DNA from: an uncultured bacterium
Lineage (GTDB): Bacteria > Planctomycetota > UBA8108 > UBA1146
Direction of reading: 5' to 3'
NCBI GenBank assembly: GCA_937876125.1
Contig: CALEHF010000226.1
Location: 1 to 51,930, forward strand
Length of the DNA: 51,930 nucleotides
The translations under genes were made by a program, and so were the position numbers. Below, piece after piece: positions 1-8,001 of the stretch; the stretch's first letter is position 1, and every line of letters begins with the position of its first letter. The notes under the pieces are model-generated. The model was not told where the DNA came from. It worked only from the letters and a program-made list of their open reading frames with translations, and made no database searches.

Positions 1-253
1 TCCCCGGGGGAATCCTGACGGTGATCGTCGCCGCGTCTTCGCGTCCGACGTAGAGGATCTCAGGCGTCACGATTTCGAGCTCGAGTCGGCGGGTCGAGAG
101 GGCGAGCAGCGAATCGATACCGACCAAAAGGAGCAGCGCGATCATCGCGACCAGCCAAAAGGTCCAGAGCGACGGGGACAGGATGGCTGGCATCACCGCG
201 AGGGGGAGCCCCGCCGTGAACCCGAGTAGTGCCAGTCGCGTCGGGCGGATCAT
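1..253 (-). CDS. DUF58 family protein, N-terminal fragment (gene runs off the window start)
   Basis: Reverse translation from ATG 253..251 gives [84 protein letters not shown]. This is two N-terminal TM helices followed by the start of the DUF58 core. The ATGA start/stop overlap with the MoxR gene is the usual MoxR-DUF58 pairing. Confidence 0.65.
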   Translation of the reverse strand, partial: MIRPTRLALLGFTAGLPLAVMPAILSPSLWTFWLVAMIALLLLVGIDSLLALSTRRLELEIVTPEILYVGREDAATITVRIPPG

Positions 254-1206
254 CGCGGTGCAGCCACCTGTTCGATCACCTGCGATATTACCTGCTCCGG
301 GCCGAGGTTCTCGATCTCGGCGGCGGGGCTCAGGATGAGGCGATGGCGCATCGCGGGTTCGAAGAGCTTCTTGACGTCGTCTGGGATCACGTAGTCGCGG
401 CCGGAGAGGAGTGCGTGCGCCTTCGCGGATGCGGCGAGGCGACTGGTCGCGCGGGGTGACCCCCCAGCGAAGATCGCGGGGTGCTCTCGGGTGGCGCGCA
501 CCAGGTCGACAATGTAACCGATCATCTCATCGGTCATCGTGAACGCGGCGATGGCGCGGCGCGCTTCTTCAATGAACGGCATCGTGGCGATCGGTTTGAG
601 GCTTGCGAGTCGTTCCTCGAGCGTTCCCCGTGCGCGACCGTGACGGACCACCAGCTCGACCTCTTCTTCGCGCGACGGGTAGCCGACCAGAAGCTTGAAC
701 AAGAACCGATCGAGCTGCGCTTCGGGCAGGGGGTAGGTGCCCTCTTGCTCGATCGGGTTCTGGGTTGCGATCACCATGAATCCCGGCCCGAGCGCGTGGC
801 GCGTGCGATCGATGGTGATCGTGCGCTCTTCCATCGCTTCGAGGAGCGCCGCCTGGGTCTTCGGCGGGGTACGGTTGATCTCGTCTGCGAGCAGCATCTC
901 AGTGAAGATCGGTCCACGGGTGAGCTGAAAGGTCGAGGACTGAAAGTCGTAGATGTTGGTGCCGAGGATGTCCCCAGGCATCATGTCGGGCGTGAACTGA
1001 ATCCGCCCGAACTCGAGATCGAGCCCCTTCGAAAAGGTGCGCGCGAGCAGCGTCTTCGCGACCCCCGGCGGCCCTTCGAGGAGCACGTGTCCTTCGCTGA
1101 GGAGCGCCACGAGGAGGAAACGAATCGTTTCTCCCTGCCCGACGATCACCTCTTCGGTCTGGGCGAGCAAGCGCTCACCGACCGCTTCGATCTCCTTCGG
1201 ATCCAT
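250..1206 (-). CDS. MoxR-like AAA+ ATPase
   Basis: 318-aa ORF. Walker [12 protein letters not shown], Walker B LLADEINR, and overall MoxR pattern (IVGQ...[17 protein letters not shown]...RIQFTPD..P.D..G). Confidence 0.93.
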   Translation of the reverse strand: MDPKEIEAVGERLLAQTEEVIVGQGETIRFLLVALLSEGHVLLEGPPGVAKTLLARTFSKGLDLEFGRIQFTPDMMPGDILGTNIYDFQSSTFQLTRGPIFTEMLLADEINRTPPKTQAALLEAMEERTITIDRTRHALGPGFMVIATQNPIEQEGTYPLPEAQLDRFLFKLLVGYPSREEEVELVVRHGRARGTLEERLASLKPIATMPFIEEARRAIAAFTMTDEMIGYIVDLVRATREHPAIFAGGSPRATSRLAASAKAHALLSGRDYVIPDDVKKLFEPAMRHRLILSPAAEIENLGPEQVISQVIEQVAAPR

Positions 1207-2479
1207 TCACGATCTCCCATCGCCAGCGATCGATCGCGAGCGCGAGCTCGCGAATCTCTTCTTCCGACCCGCGGGAACCGAGTACCTGCGCGCGCTCCAC
1301 GAGTCGGGTGATTCTAAGTTTGCCATGACTCTTCTCGCGCTCCGCGAGCCAAGCGACCCGCTCACTGACTGTCCCGGTGGCCGGGCCGTGCAGGCGAGCG
1401 CATGCCGCATCAATCGCGAGGAGGAGGTACTTTCGTGCCACGAGTCCGCGGTGACGACCGAAACGCATCAGCTCCGCGGTCGAGTCGACCAGTCGTCTGC
1501 TTCCCGCTTCGAGTCCTATTTGTTCTTCGATCGGAGGTCCAAATCGCCCGAGCGCGCTCCAAATGACGACGAAGAAGAGGAGAGCGCACTGCAGAACGAT
1601 GAGGAGCAGTGGGAATCGCATAACCTCGCGCCAGAAGCCACCGCGCGATCCGGAGCCGTGACACGACTCGTCGATGATGACGCGCTCCCCTTTTGTGAGG
1701 AGCAATTCGATCAACTCGATCGCAACTTTGGCATTCGCGCCGTCGTTCGGCCACAACCCGTGGTTGGCGATCAGATCGGGATCGGAGACGACGATGATCC
1801 GCCTGTCCCCAAGTCCATCGAGCTCGCCGATGAGCGTTCCTTGGTCGGTGTACACCCACGGCTCGAGATCGGGGTGGGAGACCAGTTGCGGTCTCTCGAG
1901 GTGCGGGACCGATTGGAATGTTCCTTTCCACCCGGTGGGCTGGATGAGGCGACGCTCGATTTCCCACTCATCATCTGTGCCGGTCCAATCGGTCAACTCG
2001 GTGAGAACCTCGCGGACTCTCATCTCGGCGACCTCGCTGGTCTGTTCCGCGAATTTTCGGTTCGCCTGACTCTGGGTCGCGGTGCGCTTCGGAAGAACGA
2101 CGATCGAGACCTGTGCATCGAGATCGCGCATGAAGCTGAGCTGATCTTCACCCTCTTCATCGGGGACGGGGCGCGGCTCGGCGATGAGGAGCACGCCTTG
2201 GTTCCGCGCCTTCTGACCCGATCGCGCGCGGCTCACCTCGGTTTCGATGCCGAGCTCTTCCAAGAGTGCGACGAAGGCTCGGTGTCCGAGAGCGGAGCGG
2301 CTGAATGCGGATGGCTCGACGTCAGTGGGTTCGAACAACTCGGGGCCGAACACCCCGGCGAGGAGCGTTGCGACCAGGGAGAGCATGATGACCGGTACCC
2401 CGATCGCGATCACCCGCGCGCTGAAGGGGGAGTCAGTCGCGGTGCTCTTGGCGGTACTCTTCGGACTAGCGGCGGACAC
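1175..2479 (-). CDS. DUF4350 domain membrane protein
   Basis: 434-aa ORF with an N-terminal TM helix. Position between the DUF4129 and MoxR genes with overlapping stops/starts, the conserved DUF4129-DUF4350-MoxR-DUF58 order. GTG start at 2479. Confidence 0.6.
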   Translation of the reverse strand: MSAASPKSTAKSTATDSPFSARVIAIGVPVIMLSLVATLLAGVFGPELFEPTDVEPSAFSRSALGHRAFVALLEELGIETEVSRARSGQKARNQGVLLIAEPRPVPDEEGEDQLSFMRDLDAQVSIVVLPKRTATQSQANRKFAEQTSEVAEMRVREVLTELTDWTGTDDEWEIERRLIQPTGWKGTFQSVPHLERPQLVSHPDLEPWVYTDQGTLIGELDGLGDRRIIVVSDPDLIANHGLWPNDGANAKVAIELIELLLTKGERVIIDESCHGSGSRGGFWREVMRFPLLLIVLQCALLFFVVIWSALGRFGPPIEEQIGLEAGSRRLVDSTAELMRFGRHRGLVARKYLLLAIDAACARLHGPATGTVSERVAWLAEREKSHGKLRITRLVERAQVLGSRGSEEEIRELALAIDRWRWEIVNGSEGDRSGR

Positions 2480-3392
2480 GCGAGGGTCCTTCCCGACACT
2501 CAGTGCGAAGTTCGGAGTGCCAGTGCGCGCACGCGAGGAAATCTTCCTTCGTGACGGACTCAGTGCCGAAGTGACTCCCCTGGACTGCGCCGACGATCTT
2601 CCCGAGGGGCAATCTGGCCGCGTTGGGAAGGGGGGCGAGCGTGACGATCTCTCGACTGGTGAGCCACGGGGGCGCCTCGTATCCGATCGAGCCGCGAATC
2701 TCCTGGATCGTGCCGAGGAGGAGAAGGTGGATCGCCTCCTTGAAATCGCCTCGCTCGGCTGCGGCGCGCGCGAGCTCGAGGGGACGCGACGTCAGTTGGA
2801 CGGCAACCTGTGTCTGGGGCGATCGTCCATCCTCGATCTGGGGTGGCGCGCGATTGCGAAACCAGCTTGCGGCCAGCATGACGAGGAGCACCACGAGGGC
2901 ACCGAAGACGATGTACATGAGCAGCTGGAAGAACGGAAAGCCGGGGGAGTTCCAGTTGCCCGAACGCCGTTTGGGCTTCTCCGAATTTTCGGGGATGTTC
3001 CACTGAATGTTCGCGCGACGCACTCGCTCGAGAGCGCTGTCGATTTCAGCGGAGGTCGGGGCGGCGTCGGCCGAGTCCAATTCCGATGGGGTGGCTCCCG
3101 TCGGCGGCTCTTCCGCCGGCTGAGCTCCATCGGCCAAACTTCCAGCGGCCCACAAGGCGAAGGAAGGCATGGGATGCGTGCGATCCGATTCGGAACTCGC
3201 CAGCTCGGAACGGTCCAGTTCCGAACGGCCCTCCGACGGCGGGCCCGTGACGAGTGCGAAGGCGCCAAGGAGCAGTGCGAAGACGCCAAGGAGCAGTGCG
3301 AAGACGCCAAGGAGCAGTGCGAAGGCGCCAAGATACTGCGCGAGGAGAGCGGGGAGGAATCCTCGGCGGTTCCTCCAGCGGCACGGGCTCAA
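2466..3392 (-). CDS. DUF4129 domain membrane protein (transglutaminase-like C-terminal domain)
   Basis: 308-aa ORF. C-terminal FKEAIHLLLLGTIQEIR...LTSREIV...HFG....KEDF pattern of DUF4129. TTG start at 3392 preceded by AAGGAGG with a 6-nt spacer. The N-terminal TM contains a 7-aa repeat. Confidence 0.65.
   Translation of the reverse strand: MSPCRWRNRRGFLPALLAQYLGAFALLLGVFALLLGVFALLLGAFALVTGPPSEGRSELDRSELASSESDRTHPMPSFALWAAGSLADGAQPAEEPPTGATPSELDSADAAPTSAEIDSALERVRRANIQWNIPENSEKPKRRSGNWNSPGFPFFQLLMYIVFGALVVLLVMLAASWFRNRAPPQIEDGRSPQTQVAVQLTSRPLELARAAAERGDFKEAIHLLLLGTIQEIRGSIGYEAPPWLTSREIVTLAPLPNAARLPLGKIVGAVQGSHFGTESVTKEDFLACAHWHSELRTECREGPSRVRR
3253..3332. repeat. 21-bp in-frame tandem repeat, about 3.8 copies (AGTGCGAAG[G/A]CGCCAAGGAGC)
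   Basis: Copies at 3253-3273, 3274-3294, 3295-3315 and a partial copy 3316-3332. On the minus strand they encode (G/V)FALLLG x4 within the N-terminal hydrophobic helix of the DUF4129 protein. Confidence 0.9.
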
Positions 3393-3746
3393 TCCGCTCC
3401 TCCTTGTTCAGACTGCAAGTTTGTTGGGGCATGAGTGGCCCCCGTCGATGCGGGGGAGCTCGGGGTCCCGATGGATGCGGTGAGTATCGTACCCGAGAAG
3501 CCGCGCGGTGGGGGACGTGCTTCGGTTCGGGCCATCGATCGAGTGACATACTTCGTCGGATGTCGATTCGTCATCTGCCGGGTACTCTCTGAAGACCTGC
3601 GTCAACACGGTCGCGGGTGTCTACAACTCCGAAGAGCACCGGCCGGCTCGCGGCAACGAGACGGCTCGAGACGAGACAATGGGAGGTCCGAGGATCGCCC
3701 ACCGACCCGCATCCGTGGCAGAGGGGGCCGGGGGTGCGGGTCTTGC

Positions 3747-3814
3747 TATTGTTCCTGGAAGACTATTGTTCCTGGAAGACTATTGTTCCTGGAAGACTAC
3801 TGTTCCTGGAAGAC
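3747..3814. repeat. 17-bp intergenic tandem repeat x4 (TATTGTTCCTGGAAGAC; the 4th copy begins TAC)
   Basis: Copies at 3747-3763, 3764-3780, 3781-3797 and 3798-3814. About 41% GC in a much more GC-rich context. Each unit contains the near-palindrome TTCC-T-GGAA. Confidence 0.95.
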
Positions 3815-3867
3815 TACCCGTTCGACTGACGATCCCACTGCTGCTCCCACCCCTCCCTCCCGCTCAT

Positions 3868-4395
3868 CTACTCCGCTTCGCTCCCGACCCGATCCCACCA
3901 CTCATCTGCCGTGAACCCCGCTTCGAGCCACGGCGCGCTCGGCACCGTTTCCTCGACTTTCTCACCCCACCACGGCGGCTCCTTCTTGAACTTGGTGCTT
4001 CCCGCGCTGGTCGACTTTGCCTGTCGCACGATCGTTCCGTCTGACGACCAGTACGTGTACTGCTGGTACTGACCGTCGACCACATCCTCCCAAAGGATGA
4101 CGCGGATCCCCGTCTTCGCGGACCAACCTTCGACGGTCGATCCCTCCACCGGTTTTCCGGTCGTGCGAGAGAGCTTCGAGAGCCAGATCGTATCGGGCGC
4201 GTCCATGAAGTCCGTGCGCTGCCAACGCTCTTCTGTACGCAGCCACTCCCAGACCGGTGGGCCCCAGAAGATCGCCGATCCGACCAGGAGACCGAGCATC
4301 GCGACGGTGAGCGCTCGATGGAAGATGGGTCTCGGGGCGCCAGCGGCTCGCTTCAAGAGTGACTCTACCCCTCGGCCATTTCGGCGAGCAGCCAC
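3868..4395 (-). CDS. hypothetical membrane-anchored protein
   Basis: 175-aa ORF with one TM helix (LTVAMLGLLVGSAIFWG) and a W/E-rich soluble domain. High GC3. Start uncertain: ATG 4395 overlaps the M20 stop by 31 nt, and an alternative Met lies at 4299. Confidence 0.55.
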   Translation of the reverse strand: MAARRNGRGVESLLKRAAGAPRPIFHRALTVAMLGLLVGSAIFWGPPVWEWLRTEERWQRTDFMDAPDTIWLSKLSRTTGKPVEGSTVEGWSAKTGIRVILWEDVVDGQYQQYTYWSSDGTIVRQAKSTSAGSTKFKKEPPWWGEKVEETVPSAPWLEAGFTADEWWDRVGSEAE

Positions 4396-5729
4396 GCGGC
4401 GGTCTCGATGCCTCGCTGGTAGTCGGGGAGGTGGAACTTCTCGTTCGGCGAGTGCGCGTTGTCATCGGGAAGACCCAGGCCGAGAAGGATGGTGTCGATC
4501 CCGAGCGCCTTCTTCAGCACGCTCACCACGGGGATCGAGCCCCCTTCGCGGATCATCACCGGCGTCTTTTCGAACCCCTTCTCGATCGCGCGAGCCGCGA
4601 CGGCGAGCCATGGGTTGGTCGCGTCGACGAGAACGGGCTCGGCGCCGTGGTCGATCGAGATCGTCATCTTGCAGGTTGGTGGACAGATCTCCGCCAGGAA
4701 CTTCTTCGCGAGCTCGGCGATCTCATCGGGGTGCTGATCGGCGACCAGGCGCATCGAAAACTTCGCCATCGCCTTCGAGGGGAGCACGGTCTTCGCGCCC
4801 TCGCCGGTCCAGCCAGACAAGAGTCCGTTGATATCGAGGGTCGGGCGTGCCCATTTCCGCTCGAGGGTGTTGTACCCCTGCTCGCCGTGGACCATCGGCA
4901 CCTCGAGCTCCGCGGCAAAGTCCGCTTCGCTGAAGGGCAGCTTCGAGATTTCGACGCGTTCGGCGTCGGTCAGATCGCGCACCTTGTCGTAGAAGCCGGG
5001 GATCAGAACGCGGCCGTCGGAGTCGATGAGCTTCGAGAGCATCGTCGCGAGAGCGTTCGCGGGGTTCTCGACCGCGCCGCCGAAGCTGCCCGAGTGGAGA
5101 TCGCGGTTCGGGCCGACCAGGTCGACTTGCAGATAGACCAGCCCTTTGAGGCCGACGGTGATCGCGGGCATCCGGGGGCCGAACTGGGTGCAGTCGGAGA
5201 TCAGCGCGATGTCCGCCTTCAACTCATCGAGATGGGCGTCGATGTAGGGCGCGAGGTTCGGCGAGCCGATTTCCTCTTCCCCTTCGATCAAAAAGGTCAC
5301 GTTGATTGGAAGCGAGCCGGTCTCTCTGAGCACGCCGCCGATGCCGAGCACCAAGGCGAGCGCTTGCCCTTTGTCATCGGTCGAGCCGCGGGCGATGAGA
5401 TCATCCCCCTCGATGGTTGGCTCGAAGGCGCCGTGGCGCCAGAGCTCGAGCGGCTCCGGCGGCTGGACGTCGTAATGACCGTAGACGAGGAGGGTCGGCG
5501 CGCCCTCGGCGCCGTGCCACTTGGCGAGGACCACCGGGTGTCCCGGAGTCTCGTCGATCCGGACCTCGAAACCCGCGTCGGCGAGCTCGTCCCGGACAAA
5601 CTCCCCCGCGCGACGGACCTCACCCTTCTGGTTCGAATCGGTGGAGACGCTGGGGATCCGCAGCCACTCCTTCAGCTTTTCGACGTGGGATGCGCTTTGA
5701 GAGCGCAGGGTGTCGATAACGTTCTGCAT
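4365..5729 (-). CDS. M20 family metallopeptidase (dipeptidase / ArgE-DapE-ACY1-CPG2 family)
   Basis: Motifs LLVYGHYDVQP, ARGSTDDKGQ and FLIEGEEEIGSP. Start placed at ATG 5729 (MQNVIDTL...) with GGAGGAA upstream, rather than at the ORF-track start 5912. Confidence 0.9.
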   Translation of the reverse strand: MQNVIDTLRSQSASHVEKLKEWLRIPSVSTDSNQKGEVRRAGEFVRDELADAGFEVRIDETPGHPVVLAKWHGAEGAPTLLVYGHYDVQPPEPLELWRHGAFEPTIEGDDLIARGSTDDKGQALALVLGIGGVLRETGSLPINVTFLIEGEEEIGSPNLAPYIDAHLDELKADIALISDCTQFGPRMPAITVGLKGLVYLQVDLVGPNRDLHSGSFGGAVENPANALATMLSKLIDSDGRVLIPGFYDKVRDLTDAERVEISKLPFSEADFAAELEVPMVHGEQGYNTLERKWARPTLDINGLLSGWTGEGAKTVLPSKAMAKFSMRLVADQHPDEIAELAKKFLAEICPPTCKMTISIDHGAEPVLVDATNPWLAVAARAIEKGFEKTPVMIREGGSIPVVSVLKKALGIDTILLGLGLPDDNAHSPNEKFHLPDYQRGIETAAWLLAEMAEG

Positions 5730-5909
5730 CGGTTCCTCCGGAGGGTCGTGGGTAGGCCGCTCAGTAGGGGCCCTTCTCGAGCTGATTCCTGCGTGAGCTG
5801 ATTCCTGCGAGCCAGGGGTTTTGGTCGGAGTTCGTGGGCGGATCAGGTGGGAGACCCGCGGCCTGCAGGATACGATACCGGGCTCGGATCTCCCGAGGAA
5901 AGGAGGACC

Positions 5910-6135
5910 CATGCAGATTTCGATCGAATATTGCGTTCAATGAAACTACGAGCCTCAGGCCGCCAGTTTGGCGGCCGACCTGAAGGATCGTTACGGAGTC
6001 GAGGCTGAGATGATCCGCTCGGGCGGAGGAGTCTTCGAAGTGGTCGCCGACGGCGATCTCGTCTTTTCGAAGAAGAAGCTCGATCGATTCCCGGAGCACT
6101 CGGAAGTTTTCGAGGCGCTCGACGCCAAAAAGTGA
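5910..6135 (+). CDS. SelW-like (Rdx family) selenoprotein, CxxU with UGA=Sec at 5941-5943; reading frame offset by one extra T at 5940 (indel error or pseudogene)
   Basis: ATG 5910 with AAGGAGG upstream reads MQISIEYCVQ. One nt later comes TGA-NYEPQAASLAADLKDRYGVEAEMIRSGGGVFEVVADGDLVFSKKKLDRFPEHSEVFEALDAKK-TGA(6133-6135). The joined sequence fits the bacterial SelW-like pattern, and a SECIS-like hairpin lies downstream of the UGA. Confidence 0.6.
5958..5976 (+). promoter_or_regulatory. SECIS-like stem-loop (GGCCGCC-AGUUU-GGCGGCC)
   Basis: Perfect 7-bp stem with a 5-nt G/U-containing loop, starting 14 nt 3' of the in-frame UGA of the SelW-like gene. Confidence 0.5.
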
Positions 6136-6240
6136 TCATCGAGGGGGGCACGCGCGCGTGCCCCCCAACGTCCCACCGCGCGACACGGCGGTTGGCACTC
6201 CCACTGTACTCGCTTCACCCCGAAACTTGACGAAGAGACC

Positions 6241-7926
6241 ATGAGCATCGACAGCCAGCAGATCATTTTCAACGTCCAAGATCTTCACCGCAGTTACGGG
6301 AAGAAGGATGTCCTCACCGGTATCACGCTCGGTTTCTACGCCGGCGCAAAGATCGGCATCATCGGAACGAACGGTAGCGGCAAGTCGACTTTGCTGCGGA
6401 TCATCGCCGGCGCCGATGACGGCTACGAAGGCAAGGTGACCCTCGCGAAGGGGGCCCGGGTCGGATACGTGCCGCAGGAACCGCAGCTCGACGAAACGAA
6501 AACCGTGCTCGAGAACATCGAGGCGGGGGTCGGGCCGGTGCGCGCGATGATCGACGAGTACAACACCGTCGCCGAATCGCTCGGCGGGGATCTCGATGAC
6601 GATGCGATGCAAGTGGCCTACGATCGCATGGCGGTCTTGCAAGAAGACATCGAGGCCGCAGACGGCTGGGAACTCGATCGCCACATCGAGCAGGCGATGC
6701 ACGCGCTCGGTTGTCCTCCCGGTGATTCTGAAGTCGCCCACTTGTCGGGAGGAGAGAAGCGACGCATCGCGATCTGTCAGACGCTGCTCGCGCACCCCGA
6801 CATTCTGCTCATGGACGAACCGACCAACCACCTCGATGCCGATACCACCGCCTGGCTCGAGCGCCATCTCGCCGAATACACCGGCACGGTTCTCTTGATC
6901 ACGCACGACCGTTACTTCCTCGACAACGTCGTCGGCTGGATGCTCGAGGTCGATCGCGGCAAGGGCACCCCCTTCGAGGGGAACTACTCGAGCTATCTCG
7001 AGCAGAAGACCAAGCTGCAAGAGGTCGAAGCGCGGATGGAGACGTCGCGTCAGAAGGAGCTCACTCGCGAGCTCGAGTGGATCCGCCAATCGCCGCGCGC
7101 CCGCCAGACCAAGTCGAAGGCGCGCATCGCTTCTTTCCATAAGCTGCAAGAACAGACCTTCGCGAAGGTCTCCGAAATGCCCGCTCTCGCCATCCCATGT
7201 ACCACGCGCCTCGGCGAGCGGGTGCTCGAGGCTTCGGCGGTCACCAAGAAGTACGGCGATCGAACCGTGATCGACGACTTGACCTTCACGGTCCCCCCCG
7301 GCGGTATCGTGGGGGTGATCGGCCCGAACGGAGCGGGCAAGACCACGCTCCTCAAACTGATCGTCGGGCTCGAAGAGGCGACGGCGGGCACGGTCAACGT
7401 CGGTCCGACCGTCAGCGTGATCTACGCCGATCAAAGTCGCCAAGATCTGAATCCCAAAAACACCGTCTACGAAGAGATTTCCGAGGGATACGACCAGTTC
7501 AAGGTCGGCAAGCTCGAAGTGAACTGCCGCGCTTACGTCGCGCGCTTCGGGTTCACGGGTGAGGACCAGGAGAAGCGGGTCGGTGACCTCTCCGGGGGTC
7601 AGCGCAACCGCGTGCAGATGGCGAAAATGCTGCGCCGTGGCGGCAACGTGGTCCTCCTCGACGAACCGACCAACGACTTGGACATCCCGACCTTGCGACT
7701 GTTGGAGGATGCGCTCGACGCATTCCCGGGAAGCGCGGTGGTGGTGAGCCACGATCGCTACTTCCTCGACCGCGTGGCGACCCACATTCTTGCGTTCGAC
7801 GGCGACGGTCACGCGCGATTCTTCGAGGGGTCCTACTCGGCGTACTCCGATCGGATCAAAGAAGAGCGCGTCGAGGCCGGCGGTTCCGCCGACGAGAAGA
7901 AGGGTACGCACCGCCGTTTCCGGTAG
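6241..7926 (+). CDS. ettA: ABC-F ATPase, energy-dependent translational throttle protein EttA
   Basis: 561 aa with two ABC cassettes (GTNGSGKST / GPNGAGKTT; LSGGEKRR / LSGGQRNR). Length and N-terminal sequence are typical of EttA/YjjK. Confidence 0.92.
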   Translation: MSIDSQQIIFNVQDLHRSYGKKDVLTGITLGFYAGAKIGIIGTNGSGKSTLLRIIAGADDGYEGKVTLAKGARVGYVPQEPQLDETKTVLENIEAGVGPVRAMIDEYNTVAESLGGDLDDDAMQVAYDRMAVLQEDIEAADGWELDRHIEQAMHALGCPPGDSEVAHLSGGEKRRIAICQTLLAHPDILLMDEPTNHLDADTTAWLERHLAEYTGTVLLITHDRYFLDNVVGWMLEVDRGKGTPFEGNYSSYLEQKTKLQEVEARMETSRQKELTRELEWIRQSPRARQTKSKARIASFHKLQEQTFAKVSEMPALAIPCTTRLGERVLEASAVTKKYGDRTVIDDLTFTVPPGGIVGVIGPNGAGKTTLLKLIVGLEEATAGTVNVGPTVSVIYADQSRQDLNPKNTVYEEISEGYDQFKVGKLEVNCRAYVARFGFTGEDQEKRVGDLSGGQRNRVQMAKMLRRGGNVVLLDEPTNDLDIPTLRLLEDALDAFPGSAVVVSHDRYFLDRVATHILAFDGDGHARFFEGSYSAYSDRIKEERVEAGGSADEKKGTHRRFR

Positions 7927-8001
7927 CTGGCTCTTCCCGCCTGCGGCCCTTCAAAAAGACGAGCCTCAACGGGGATTGCGGAACAACACGAGGGAGAAAC
8001 G

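Noticed and set aside
3408-3608. 66-codon minus-strand ORF (MLTQVFREYPADDESTSDE...) in the intergenic region upstream of the DUF4129 gene.
   Set aside because: Only intermediate position-3 G/C (about 70% by hand count), no RBS noted and no recognisable motif. The evidence is insufficient to call it a gene.
3747-3814. Possible CRISPR array.
   Set aside because: The 17-bp units are directly adjacent with no spacers. No cas genes or leader are present.
6136-7911. 591-aa minus-strand ORF covering the whole ettA gene. Similar long antisense ORFs occur at 4359-5801, 9154-10623, 18092-19492, 19517-20602, 20127-21842, 34122-35261, 36846-37820, 40650-41681 and 42788-43870.
   Set aside because: They lie antisense to genes with clear family signatures. 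Their translations are Arg/Gly/Asp/Glu-rich with no recognisable motifs. These are classic shadow ORFs of high-GC DNA.
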